From: Nitrospinales bacterium
GTDB taxonomy: Bacteria > Nitrospinota > Nitrospinia > Nitrospinales > VA-1
Assembly (NCBI GenBank): GCA_965223345.1
Contig: CBDCWG010000012.1
Span: 256,001-320,000 of the forward strand
Direction: 5' to 3'
Length of the DNA stretch: 64,000 nucleotides
This document shows, one piece after another, positions 29,317-38,638 of this stretch; positions within the stretch are counted from its first letter, which is position 1; the number at the start of each line of letters is the position of its first letter. A model generated the notes under the pieces. The model made no database searches. It saw nothing but the letters and a program-made list of their open reading frames with translations, and was not told the DNA's origin. A program made the translations under genes and the position numbers.

Positions 29317-31749
29317 ATGCTCGCTGCCGCTGAAAATTCAATCCAGGGAACCTTCGACCCCTGGTGGGTCGTTTTGTCCTACCTGGTGGCGGTCCTGGCT
29401 TCCTTCACGGCGCTGGATCTGGCCGGCCGCATCCGCGAACATTCGGGATGGGCGAAGGCGCTGTGGATCTCCGGCGGAGCCCTGACTTTAGGCGGCGGGG
29501 TGTGGTCGATGCATTTCATCGGCATGCTCGCCCTGAAACTGCCTGTGGATGTGCAGTACGATCCCGGGACCACTTTCCTCTCGTTTGCGTTCGTCGCCCT
29601 GTCCGCAGGGTGCGCGTTCATCATTTACACGGCGCTGCAAACCCTTTCGCTCAGGATCGGGCTGGGCAGCCTGCTGCTCGGGGGCGGCATTGCTGCGATG
29701 CACTACTCGGGCATGGCCGCGATGCGAATGGAGACGCAGTATCACCTGCCTCTGGCCGGTGGTTCCATTCTCATCGCCATCGCCGCTTCCGCCGCCGCTT
29801 TGTGGCTGTTTCACCTGTTCAACGAAAAAAACAGACAGATCCCGTTCCGGCACCGGGTGTTGACAGCCGCGATCATGGGCGTGGCGGTGGTGGGCATGCA
29901 TTACACCGGCATGGCGGCGGCGGATTTCTATCCGACCGGACCGACGCCGCAGGCTCCCAAAGAAACGCTGGATGCGCAAAAGCTCGCCGGCATCGTTTCC
30001 ATCGTGACGCTTTTCATCTTTGCGGTGAGCCTCGTCGTTTCCTATTTCAGCAAGAAATGGGTGCGGCTGGAAAAATCCAGGCATGGATTGAAACATTCGA
30101 TTGATCGCCGGGAAACGCTTCTGAAGGATGCGGAAGAGCTGTTTGCCAAGGGCAGCCTGGAACGGAGAAAAATCGAGCGCTCGCTGAGAGATTCGCGGGA
30201 GCGGGTGCGCTTCATCATGGACAACGTGATGGAAGGCATCATCACCATCGACGAAAACAGCATCATCGAATCGTTCAATCCCGCTGCGGGAAAAATCTTC
30301 GGCTACGACTCCTTCGAGCTTTTGGGTCAAAGCATCACCCAGCTCATGCCCGAGAGTTACCGGGACTCGCACCTGCAGGCGGTCGAGCGCTATCTGAAAA
30401 CCGGGACGGCCAAGATTCTGGGGTCGAGCGCCGAGGTGGAAGGATTGAGAAAGGACGGTTCGGTGTTTCCCCTGGAACTGTCACTGAGTAAAATCGATCG
30501 CAGCGGTTATCCCGTATTCATCGCAACGCTACGGGACATCACCGACCGCAAGCGAATGGAAGAAAGCCTGATCGAGGATAAAAAGTCCGCAGAAGAGGCC
30601 AATCGCGCCAAATCGGAGTTTCTGTCGCGCATGAGCCACGAGCTGCGCACCCCGATGAACGCCATCCTCGGCTTCGGCCAGCTGATGGAACTGGACACGG
30701 ACGAGCCGTTGACCGCCTCGCAGGAGGAACGGCTTAAAGAAATCCTCACAGCCGGGAACCATCTGCTCGAATTGATCAACGAAGTGCTGGACCTTTCGCG
30801 AATCGAATCGGGAAAGCTCACCCTCTCGATCGAGAATGTGGATCTGCTGGACGCGCTGGAGGAGACGCTCACACTGGTATTTCCGATGGCGGGCGAAAAA
30901 GGCGTAATCATTGAAAACAACCTGCGCGGCCGCCCTGTCGTGCGCGCCGACCGCACCAAATTAAAACAGGTGCTGCTCAACCTGCTGTCCAACGCGGTCA
31001 AGTACAACCGCGATGGCGGCCGCGTGACCCTGAATCAGCGAACGACGCCGGATGGAAACATCGGCATCGAAGTCCGCGACACCGGTTTCGGCATCTCACA
31101 AGAACAGCTGGAGGACATCTTCGAGCCCTTCAACCGGCTCGATGCGGAGAAAACCGATATCGAAGGCACCGGCATCGGGCTCACCATCACCCGCCGCTTG
31201 CTGGACCAGATGAACGGCGGCATCGAGGTCAACAGCACTCCGGGAGAAGGCAGCACCTTCATCCTGACGTTGCCTGAGGGAGAAGTGACCGCCCTGCCGG
31301 AGAATGCGGCGCCGGCGCATTCAGAAGGCTCGAACGGCGGCGGAGACACCCGGGTTCACAAGGTGCTCTACGTGGAGGACAACCCCGCCAATCTGTCGCT
31401 GATCGAACAGATCTTCAAGCTCCGAAAAGACATCACGCTTCTCAAAGCGCCGCAGGCGCAGATCGGCATCGACCTCGCGCGCGCCCACCGTCCGGATCTC
31501 ATCCTCATGGACATCAATTTGCCGGAAATGGACGGCATCGAAGCGTTCCGGCGCCTGCGCAGCCATGAAGAAACCCGGGACATCCCGGTGATCGCGGTCA
31601 GCGCCAACGCCATGGAATCGGACGTCAAAAAGACCCTGTCCGCGGGCTTTCGATCCTATATCAAGAAACCTTTCAACCTCCCCGCTTTTCTGGAGGAGGT
31701 GTACGGAATTTTAAAAACAGAAAAACCAACCCGTTTGCAAACATCATGA
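29317..31749 (+). CDS. Hybrid sensor histidine kinase: MHYT-PAS-HisKA-HATPase-REC
   Basis: MHFIGM/MHYSGM/MHYTGM repeats; PAS (GLRKDGSVFP); MSHELRTPMN; NAVKY; GTGIGL; LMDINLP. Confidence 0.93.
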   Translation: MLAAAENSIQGTFDPWWVVLSYLVAVLASFTALDLAGRIREHSGWAKALWISGGALTLGGGVWSMHFIGMLALKLPVDVQYDPGTTFLSFAFVALSAGCAFIIYTALQTLSLRIGLGSLLLGGGIAAMHYSGMAAMRMETQYHLPLAGGSILIAIAASAAALWLFHLFNEKNRQIPFRHRVLTAAIMGVAVVGMHYTGMAAADFYPTGPTPQAPKETLDAQKLAGIVSIVTLFIFAVSLVVSYFSKKWVRLEKSRHGLKHSIDRRETLLKDAEELFAKGSLERRKIERSLRDSRERVRFIMDNVMEGIITIDENSIIESFNPAAGKIFGYDSFELLGQSITQLMPESYRDSHLQAVERYLKTGTAKILGSSAEVEGLRKDGSVFPLELSLSKIDRSGYPVFIATLRDITDRKRMEESLIEDKKSAEEANRAKSEFLSRMSHELRTPMNAILGFGQLMELDTDEPLTASQEERLKEILTAGNHLLELINEVLDLSRIESGKLTLSIENVDLLDALEETLTLVFPMAGEKGVIIENNLRGRPVVRADRTKLKQVLLNLLSNAVKYNRDGGRVTLNQRTTPDGNIGIEVRDTGFGISQEQLEDIFEPFNRLDAEKTDIEGTGIGLTITRRLLDQMNGGIEVNSTPGEGSTFILTLPEGEVTALPENAAPAHSEGSNGGGDTRVHKVLYVEDNPANLSLIEQIFKLRKDITLLKAPQAQIGIDLARAHRPDLILMDINLPEMDGIEAFRRLRSHEETRDIPVIAVSANAMESDVKKTLSAGFRSYIKKPFNLPAFLEEVYGILKTEKPTRLQTS

Positions 31750-31765
31750 CCGACTGGAGGACACC

Positions 31766-32320
31766 ATGATTGAGGAAAACCAAATCCTGAATGCCAAAAT
31801 ACTGATCATCGACGATGAGAGCGCCAATATCATGCTGCTGGAACAGCTGCTCAAACAAAAAGGCTACCAGCATTACACCAGCATCAGCGATCCACGCAAA
31901 GCGACCCAAACCTATGAGCAGTTTTGTCCCGACCTGGTGCTCCTGGACATGAACATGCCCCACAAAGACGGGCTGACCCTGCTGAAGGAATTCAACGAGC
32001 TGGAAAAAGACAGCTACGCCCCGGTGATGATTCTGACGGCGCAGACCGACAACAAAATCCGCATCGAGGCTCTGGAGGCGGGCGCGCGGGATTTTCTTAG
32101 CAAACCGTTCGACCTGGTGGAAGTGTCGCTGCGCATCCGCAACATGATCGAAGTGCGCCTGCTCAACAATCAGGTGAAAATGTACAACGAGATTCTGGAA
32201 GGAAAGGTTCAGGAACGCAGTGTGGATCTGGCGGCCACGCAATTGCGGCTGGAGCACGAAATCGCGCAACGGCAAAAAATGGTGGAGGAGATCAAGCGGG
32301 CGCCCACCGTCTCCGGTTGA
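31766..32320 (+). CDS. Response regulator (REC plus coiled coil, no output domain)
   Basis: IIDD, LLDMNMP, LTA, KPF. Confidence 0.9.
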   Translation: MIEENQILNAKILIIDDESANIMLLEQLLKQKGYQHYTSISDPRKATQTYEQFCPDLVLLDMNMPHKDGLTLLKEFNELEKDSYAPVMILTAQTDNKIRIEALEAGARDFLSKPFDLVEVSLRIRNMIEVRLLNNQVKMYNEILEGKVQERSVDLAATQLRLEHEIAQRQKMVEEIKRAPTVSG

Positions 32321-32441
32321 GCGTGCGAAGCATCGTCTGCAGGTAGCGGCGCTCCCGCCCTGGAACGCTCAGTGATCTTGATGGCGAGAGAGGGCATTTA
32401 CATCGCTGACGCCTCGCTGCCGTCCGTGCGACGCGCAAGGG

Positions 32442-32642
32442 TCAATCCCTGAGATCGAGGTATTTCGCTCCCTGGTATTTGAGGCCCTCGAATTCGCGCT
32501 CGTTGACGAGCTTGTTGGGCAGCCCCTGCTCGTCAAGATCCTTTTTGAACTCCAGGTATTCCTCGTTGGAGCTGAATTCCGCCACGGCCTTCGCCCCTTC
32601 GGCGTCCTCGAACTGCAGCAGGAATCGAAATCTTCTTTTCAT
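32442..32642 (-). CDS. Small hypothetical protein
   Basis: 66-aa ORF MKRRFRFLLQFED..., downstream of the TPR gene. Confidence 0.55.
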   Translation of the reverse strand: MKRRFRFLLQFEDAEGAKAVAEFSSNEEYLEFKKDLDEQGLPNKLVNEREFEGLKYQGAKYLDLRD

Positions 32643-32688
32643 CGCGTCACACGCTCCCGTCTGTTGAAACTCATTTCCAGCCTCTCCA

Positions 32689-33165
32689 TCAAGGTCGGTT
32701 TTCGCCTTTGGAATCCACATCGTATTTTTCGAACAACAGCCGCAAACGCCGCTGGGCGGTGCGGGTCTGCCGGTGATTGCGTTTCAGCCGATACAACTGC
32801 CGCGCCTTCAACATATGCCGGATCGCCCCGGTCCCGTCTTCCAGCAGATCGTAGGTGATTGCCAGATTGAAATGGGCCTGCGCGAAATCCGGTTGCAAGC
32901 GAATCGCTTCCTGATAGGCGGCGATCTCCTCCGCATGCAACCCCAGAGCCTGATAGGACAAACCCAGCTTAAAATGCCCTTCGGCGTTTTCCGGATCCTG
33001 CCGCAACGCCTCTTTCTGTTTTTCGATGTTCTGCCGGACGCTTTGCCGGTAGACTTCGAATCCGGAATCGGCGGCGAAGGCGACCGGCTGCAAAGACCCT
33101 AAAAAAAACCACAGGCAGACCGCAAACCTCGGGACTGCCGGCATCGCTTCGATTCGTCCGGGCAT
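32689..33165 (-). CDS. Secreted TPR protein
   Basis: Signal peptide; two TPRs (AEGHFKLG, AQAHFNLA). Confidence 0.8.
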   Translation of the reverse strand: MPGRIEAMPAVPRFAVCLWFFLGSLQPVAFAADSGFEVYRQSVRQNIEKQKEALRQDPENAEGHFKLGLSYQALGLHAEEIAAYQEAIRLQPDFAQAHFNLAITYDLLEDGTGAIRHMLKARQLYRLKRNHRQTRTAQRRLRLLFEKYDVDSKGENRP

Positions 33166-33318
33166 GGTTTCGTTTTGGCAATTGGGAGCCGCGCATGCGG
33201 CTTGCGTCTATAATAGATAAATTGTACGTGCCGCAGGATTCATAAAGAAACAAATTTTGATCGCCAACCCCGGGCCGGGAAGCGCACGCCTCGCGGTCCG
33301 AATCTCAAGGAGTGAAAC

Positions 33319-34302
33319 GTGCGCGAACGAACCTTTGACAGCTCCGGACTCTCGGTTTCGGAAATCGGATTGGGCACCTGGCAGCTGGGAGCGGACTGGG
33401 GACGGGTGGACGACGCCACCACCGAGGCCATCCTTCAAGAAGCTGTGCAATGCGGCGTGAATTTTTTCGACACAGCCGATGTGTACGGGCTGGGCCTTTC
33501 TGAAACCCGCATCGCGAATTTTCTGCAGCGTCATAAAAACAAGGTGACGGTGGCGACGAAGCTCGGCCGCTTCCCGGAGATGGACGGCAGCGACCCCGTT
33601 TCGCTGCAAGGGTTCCGCAAACACACCGAGCGCTCGCTCAAGCGGCTGAACGTCGATTCGCTGGATCTCACCCAGGTCCACTGCCTGCCCACCGGGGTGT
33701 TGCGGCAGGGTGAGGTGTTCGAATGGCTGCGCACGCTCAAACGGGAAGGCAAAATCCAGCGGTTCGGCCTGAGCGTGGAATCGATGGAGGAAGCGCATCT
33801 GTGCCTGGAGCAGGAAGGCGTGGCCTCGCTGCAGATCATCTTCAACGTGCTCCGGCAAAAACCCGCTGCCGAGCTGTTCGACCGCGCGCGCGAAAAACAG
33901 GTGGCGCTGATCGTGCGGCTGCCACTCGCGTCCGGCCTGCTTTCGGGCCGCTTCGACGCCGACACGCAATTCCCGCAGATCGATCACCGCAACTACAACC
34001 GCGACGGAGAGCACTTCAACGTCGGAGAAACCTTCAGCGGCCTTCCGTTCGCAAAGGGAGTGGAGCTGGTCGAGGAACTCAAAGCGCTCGTGCCCGAGGG
34101 GATGAGCCTGGAGCAGATGGCGCTGCGCTGGATTCTGGATTTCGAGGCGGTGACGGTGGTGATTCCGGGAGCGACGCGGCCCGAACAGGTGCGGAGCAAC
34201 TGTTCGGCAAGCCATCTCGCACCGCTCAGTGAGGCGCAGCACGCGGCGCTGCGCTCGTTTTATTCGGAAAAGGTAGCGCCGCACATCCGCGGTAAATATT
34301 GA
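33319..34302 (+). CDS. Aldo/keto reductase
   Basis: IGLGTWQLG, FDTADVYG, ATK, LPLASGLL, IPGA. Confidence 0.92.
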   Translation: MRERTFDSSGLSVSEIGLGTWQLGADWGRVDDATTEAILQEAVQCGVNFFDTADVYGLGLSETRIANFLQRHKNKVTVATKLGRFPEMDGSDPVSLQGFRKHTERSLKRLNVDSLDLTQVHCLPTGVLRQGEVFEWLRTLKREGKIQRFGLSVESMEEAHLCLEQEGVASLQIIFNVLRQKPAAELFDRAREKQVALIVRLPLASGLLSGRFDADTQFPQIDHRNYNRDGEHFNVGETFSGLPFAKGVELVEELKALVPEGMSLEQMALRWILDFEAVTVVIPGATRPEQVRSNCSASHLAPLSEAQHAALRSFYSEKVAPHIRGKY

Positions 34303-34315
34303 GAGAAAAAACGGG

Positions 34316-34480
34316 CTATTTTTTGCCTTCGCGCCTGGCCTGGAAATGGTCCGCCACGGTCAGCAGGACTTTGACGATGCCGATGGTGATGAAAACGCCG
34401 AGCAGAAATTGCAGCAGAGGCGGCAGGCCTTCCACAAAGTCGATGAGGGTCTGAACGAATCCGTAGCGTATGGGGTCCAT
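34316..34480 (-). CDS. 54-aa single-TM small protein (absent from ORF track)
   Basis: Manual translation MDPIRYGFVQTLIDFVEGLPPLLQFLLGVFITIGIVKVLLTVADHFQARREGKK*. Confidence 0.65.
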   Translation of the reverse strand: MDPIRYGFVQTLIDFVEGLPPLLQFLLGVFITIGIVKVLLTVADHFQARREGKK

Positions 34481-34545
34481 GGGTGCTTTCTAAGGGTTGA
34501 AGTGGGTGCGTTCCCGTCCACTTTGAGCGAACGCGGCGATCGAGC

Positions 34546-36006
34546 TCATTGCAAAAAGATTTCGGTTTTGCGGCTGTCGAGACCGATTTTCAGAATGCGG
34601 TGGTTGTTGGTGTCCGAAACAAACAGGTGCCCCGCCACTTCGATCACCCCGGCGGGTTCCCACAGCCGGGTGCAGCTCGTGTCCTCGCAGACGAGATCGG
34701 TCGAGGCCTCGACGGTGACGACGTCGCGGGTGTTCACATCGAGCGTCTTGATCTTGTGGTTGTAGGAATCGGCGATGTGCACGCGGCCGGCGGAGTAATG
34801 CACGCCCAGCGGATGCTGCAAGAGCGCCTCGGTGCCTTTGCCGTCGCGGTCGCCGAAATCGAACAGGCCGGTTCCCACGTAGGTGGCGATGTGGCCTTTG
34901 CCCTGCAACTCGACGCTGCGCACGGCGCTGGTCTCGCTGTCCGCCAGGAACAGCTTGCCCTCGCCGATGCTGAGTCCGCTCGGTTGCGCGAACGCTCCCT
35001 GAATACGGTCGCCGTCCACCAGCGCTTCCGCGCCGGTCCCGGCAAAGGGTCCCGCCATGGCCGAATCGGTCTCGAACACGCCGATCTGATGCGTGCCCGC
35101 ATTGGCGAAGTACAGCGCCCCGTTGTCGAAGGAAACGTCCCAGGGGGAACTGAGCGCCACCTGCTTTCCCGGCCCCCGGTCCTTGAGCACCGGCCCCTGG
35201 CTGCCGGTGCCCGCGACGGTGGAAACGCTGCGCTTGGCCAGATCCACTTTGCGGATGCAGTGGTTTTCGGTGTCCGCCACCCACAGGATGCCATCGTGCA
35301 GGCAGAGCCCCTGCGGGCGAAAAAACGCCGCCTCTTCGAACGCGCCGTCGGTGCGTCCGATGGCGCCGCAGCCGATGGTGCGCGTGACGTTGCCTTGCGC
35401 GTCGAGCGTGAGGACGCGGTTGTGGTTCGAATCGGCGACCGCAAACTCCCCGGTACCGGGATCGTGGGCGATCTTGCCGGGAAAGCGCAGCGTCGTCTTT
35501 TCGGCGGCGGCAGCGGGTTTCAACAGCGCCGCCGCTTCGCCCTGCAACACGCCCTTTTCCCGCATCTCCCTGATGACTTCACCGATGGAGGCCATCAGCA
35601 TCTCCGGGTCCGGTTCCCCCGGCAGCTGGCCGAGCACGTAGCCGTCGGGGCCGATGAAAACCAGGGTGGGCCAGGCGCGGACGGCGTATTTTTTCCAGAT
35701 GCGGAACGCCTCGTCGTGCACCACCGGATGTTCGATTTCATAGCGCTCGATGGCGTGGACCAGGTTGTCGGTCACTTTCTCACCCGCAAATTTCGGGCTG
35801 TGCACGCCGATCACCACCACCTCGTCGGGATAGGCGGCCTCGATGCGCTTCAGGGTGGGAATGATGTGGATGCAGTTGATGCAGCAGTAGGTCCAGAAAT
35901 CCAGAATGACGAGTTTTCCCGCAAGCTCCGGCAGGTCCAGAGGGGCGTGAACGTTGAACCAGGGCAGGGTTGCGGCCTCGAGTCTGGGGGCGTGGATGAG
36001 TTGCAT
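34546..36006 (-). CDS. Thioredoxin-like plus NHL-repeat protein (NHLRC2/SOQ1-like)
   Basis: LDFWTYCCINC, GVHSPKF; repeated ADS/TxNH NHL motifs. Confidence 0.9.
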   Translation of the reverse strand: MQLIHAPRLEAATLPWFNVHAPLDLPELAGKLVILDFWTYCCINCIHIIPTLKRIEAAYPDEVVVIGVHSPKFAGEKVTDNLVHAIERYEIEHPVVHDEAFRIWKKYAVRAWPTLVFIGPDGYVLGQLPGEPDPEMLMASIGEVIREMREKGVLQGEAAALLKPAAAAEKTTLRFPGKIAHDPGTGEFAVADSNHNRVLTLDAQGNVTRTIGCGAIGRTDGAFEEAAFFRPQGLCLHDGILWVADTENHCIRKVDLAKRSVSTVAGTGSQGPVLKDRGPGKQVALSSPWDVSFDNGALYFANAGTHQIGVFETDSAMAGPFAGTGAEALVDGDRIQGAFAQPSGLSIGEGKLFLADSETSAVRSVELQGKGHIATYVGTGLFDFGDRDGKGTEALLQHPLGVHYSAGRVHIADSYNHKIKTLDVNTRDVVTVEASTDLVCEDTSCTRLWEPAGVIEVAGHLFVSDTNNHRILKIGLDSRKTEIFLQ

Positions 36007-36255
36007 GGGGCGGCGTTTTTCCAATCTTTTTTTCAGAATTGGAACACGATCGGCCTTCCAAATCAACCCCCCGCTGCGCAGGGCAGCGCGCATTCTCGAA
36101 CCGGCGGCTCGCGCCGGGAACGCCTCGATTCGCCGCTCCGAATCGGTTTTTTTGCGGGCCGCCGCAAGGGGTTTGCTTCCCCATTGGCATCCGGTATAAT
36201 CGAATTCGATCCTCCGGAAAACCATTTGCGACTTATGCTGAAATTCACCGCACCC

Positions 36256-36777
36256 ATGAAAAAATCGAATCCCGACGGAAACGCCCGAGGACTCCGGTGC
36301 TGTTTTGCGTTTCTTCTCTTCTTCACGATCGCAGGGGTCCTTGCCAGTGTCTCGTTCGCCAATCCTTCCAAGGAAGTTGTGATCGACTCGAAGACGGGTT
36401 TGATGTGGCAGAAAGGCGACTCCTACCACGAGCTGAAAAAAGGGCTCAACTGGTACGAAGCCCTGGAATACATCGACAAAAAAAATGCCGAAAAATTCGC
36501 CGGCTACAGCGACTGGCGGCTGCCGAGCATGAAGGAGCTGGCGGCGCTCTGGCGCGCGTCGGGCGCCGTCAAGTCCAAGGACGGAGAACCGGTGGGGCTG
36601 CCGGAGACGTTTGCAGACGGAGGCAGTTATTATCTTTGGAGCGGGGACGAGCGCGGGCTGGACAACGCCTGGTATTTCGGCCTCGGCCAGAAGGAAGAGT
36701 ATTTCAACCTGAAGGATCTGGGCGACCTGGATCAAGGCGTCAAGATGGTGCGGTCCCCGGACAAGGCGGGGGGATGA
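36256..36777 (+). CDS. Exported DUF1566 (Lcl C-terminal-like) protein
   Basis: VIDSKTGLMWQ, NWYEA, GYSDWRLPSMKEL, WS. Confidence 0.85.
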   Translation: MKKSNPDGNARGLRCCFAFLLFFTIAGVLASVSFANPSKEVVIDSKTGLMWQKGDSYHELKKGLNWYEALEYIDKKNAEKFAGYSDWRLPSMKELAALWRASGAVKSKDGEPVGLPETFADGGSYYLWSGDERGLDNAWYFGLGQKEEYFNLKDLGDLDQGVKMVRSPDKAGG

Positions 36778-36849
36778 TTCCAGGCTGAACGGTGATGGAG
36801 CGCCCCCCATTGACGATTCTGTTTTCTTTTTCCTGATGAGGGAAAACTT

Positions 36850-38595
36850 ATGAAGAGGCTATTCGATCGAAACGGCAGATTTCACGGCACACTCCTCATG
36901 GCGGCGGTTGCATTGCTGACCGGCCTGCTTTTTTTCCTTCCTTCACAGACGGTGTTCTCCAGCGATGAGCACAAAGGCCACGACATGGGCGCGATGGATC
37001 ATGGCGGCATGTCGCACGGAGGCCAGGCGGCGCAGCCGGGCGAAGAATATCGCATCGAGGAGGAGCACGGGGACCACGGCCACATGGACCACGGGGAAGA
37101 GCCGGGCAACCCGTTCCGCACCCGCGGCGCGCACGATGCTCTGGGGAGCTTCAAACCGAAGATCGAACCCGGCGCGCTTCTGGCGCGGGGACGCAACATC
37201 TACCTGCACATGTGTGTGTTCTGCCACGGCAAGGACGGCAACGGCGGCGGCGCGGCGGTCGAATTTCTATATCCCTGGCCGCGCGATTTCCGCAAGGGCA
37301 TCTTCAAGTTCCGGTCCACACCGACCGGCAGCCTGCCCCGCGATGAAGACCTGTACCGCACCATCATCGAGGGCGTTCCCGGAACCTCGATGCCCGCATG
37401 GGCGGATGCGGTTTCTCCGGAAGACACCTGGGCCCTCATCAACCTGATCAAAAGTTTCTCGCCGCGCTTTCAAAACGAGCCGCCCGGGGAACCGATCAAG
37501 GTCAGCGAGCCGCCGGAAGCGACGCCCGAGCTGCTGGCGAAAGGCAAGGACCTGTTCACCCGGCAAAAATGCGTGGACTGTCACGGCGATTCTTTGAAGG
37601 GCGACGGCAAGTTCGCCGATTCCCTGATGGATGCCTGGAAACATGCGGTGTTTGTGCACGACATCACCAACCCTAATTTCTTCAAGGGCGGCCACACGCC
37701 CAAGGAAATCTTCCGCACGATCAGCACGGGTCTCGACGGCACGCCGATGCGCTCCTACGCGGACCTTTCGGAAGAAGACCGCTGGGCGCTGGTGCTCTAC
37801 ATCCAGTCGCAGTTCAGCCGTGAATTCAAAAAAGCGGCGTTCGAAACGGACATCTACTCCTACAAGGTCGGGGTCGAGCTGGACACCGATGTGAACAGCC
37901 CGGTCTGGGAGGGCGTGAAGTCCACCAACCTGGTGCTGCGCCCGCTTTCGGCGCGGCGCGGCGCGGTCGAAGTCATCAACGTGGCTTCGGTGCACAACGG
38001 CGAGCAGATGGCGGTGCGCCTGCGCTGGGAAGACCCGACGCACGATGCGTTTTCCGAGCTGAACTCGGACATCTTCCGCGACGGCGCGGCGGTGCAGTTC
38101 GCGCTCGGGTCGGTGACGCTGCACACGCACGGCCACAACGAACCGTTCTTTGGCATGGGCAACCGCAGCAAGCCGGTGAACATCTGGCACTGGAAAGCGG
38201 GGCTGGAAGAAACCCTCGCAGCCGAGGAAGAGCATGAGTACGCCGGCGGCGGCGTGGACATGGACGCGCTGATTTTCGGCGGCATCATGTCGAACCCGGT
38301 GTCCAGGCTCAACACGACGGCGGAAAACCCGGTGGAAGAACTCAACGCCGAAGGATTCGGCACCATCACCCCGCAGCCGCCGGAAAACCAGAACGTGGAA
38401 GGCAACGGCGAATGGAAGGACGGGGTCTGGACGGTGGTGTTCCTGCGCGACACGGTCAAGACGGGCAAGTGGGACATCGATCTCAATAAAAAAGATCCTG
38501 CTCTCGTCGCGTTCGCGGTCTGGGATGGTCTCAACGAAGACCGCAACGGGCGCAAGGTGGTCAGCGTGTGGCAAAGGTTGAACAAACTGGATTGA
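36850..38595 (+). CDS. Diheme cytochrome c fused to an ethylbenzene-dehydrogenase-gamma-like haem b domain (NxrC-like)
   Basis: N-terminal TM helix, His-rich linker, CVFCH and CVDCH; LRWEDPT, DGAAVQF, FGMG..PVNIWHWKA, AFAVWDG..RNGRK. Confidence 0.85.
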   Translation: MKRLFDRNGRFHGTLLMAAVALLTGLLFFLPSQTVFSSDEHKGHDMGAMDHGGMSHGGQAAQPGEEYRIEEEHGDHGHMDHGEEPGNPFRTRGAHDALGSFKPKIEPGALLARGRNIYLHMCVFCHGKDGNGGGAAVEFLYPWPRDFRKGIFKFRSTPTGSLPRDEDLYRTIIEGVPGTSMPAWADAVSPEDTWALINLIKSFSPRFQNEPPGEPIKVSEPPEATPELLAKGKDLFTRQKCVDCHGDSLKGDGKFADSLMDAWKHAVFVHDITNPNFFKGGHTPKEIFRTISTGLDGTPMRSYADLSEEDRWALVLYIQSQFSREFKKAAFETDIYSYKVGVELDTDVNSPVWEGVKSTNLVLRPLSARRGAVEVINVASVHNGEQMAVRLRWEDPTHDAFSELNSDIFRDGAAVQFALGSVTLHTHGHNEPFFGMGNRSKPVNIWHWKAGLEETLAAEEEHEYAGGGVDMDALIFGGIMSNPVSRLNTTAENPVEELNAEGFGTITPQPPENQNVEGNGEWKDGVWTVVFLRDTVKTGKWDIDLNKKDPALVAFAVWDGLNEDRNGRKVVSVWQRLNKLD

Positions 38596-38638
38596 CTGAG
38601 GTGACGGTATCTCCTGGCGCACGCAGGCACACACGGGT

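Noticed and set aside
32318..32439. Nested stems (GGTAGCG/CGCTGCC; TCAGTGAT/ATCGCTGA) between convergent genes as an ncRNA
   Set aside because: Short and GU-dependent, with no SRP or 6S hallmark motifs; more likely a 3'-end structure or chance
34546..36810. Apparent fully overlapping 754-aa and 742-aa ORFs on opposite strands
   Set aside because: They resolve into two divergent genes (Trx-NHL from 36006 on -, DUF1566 from 36256 on +); the extensions are shadow read-through
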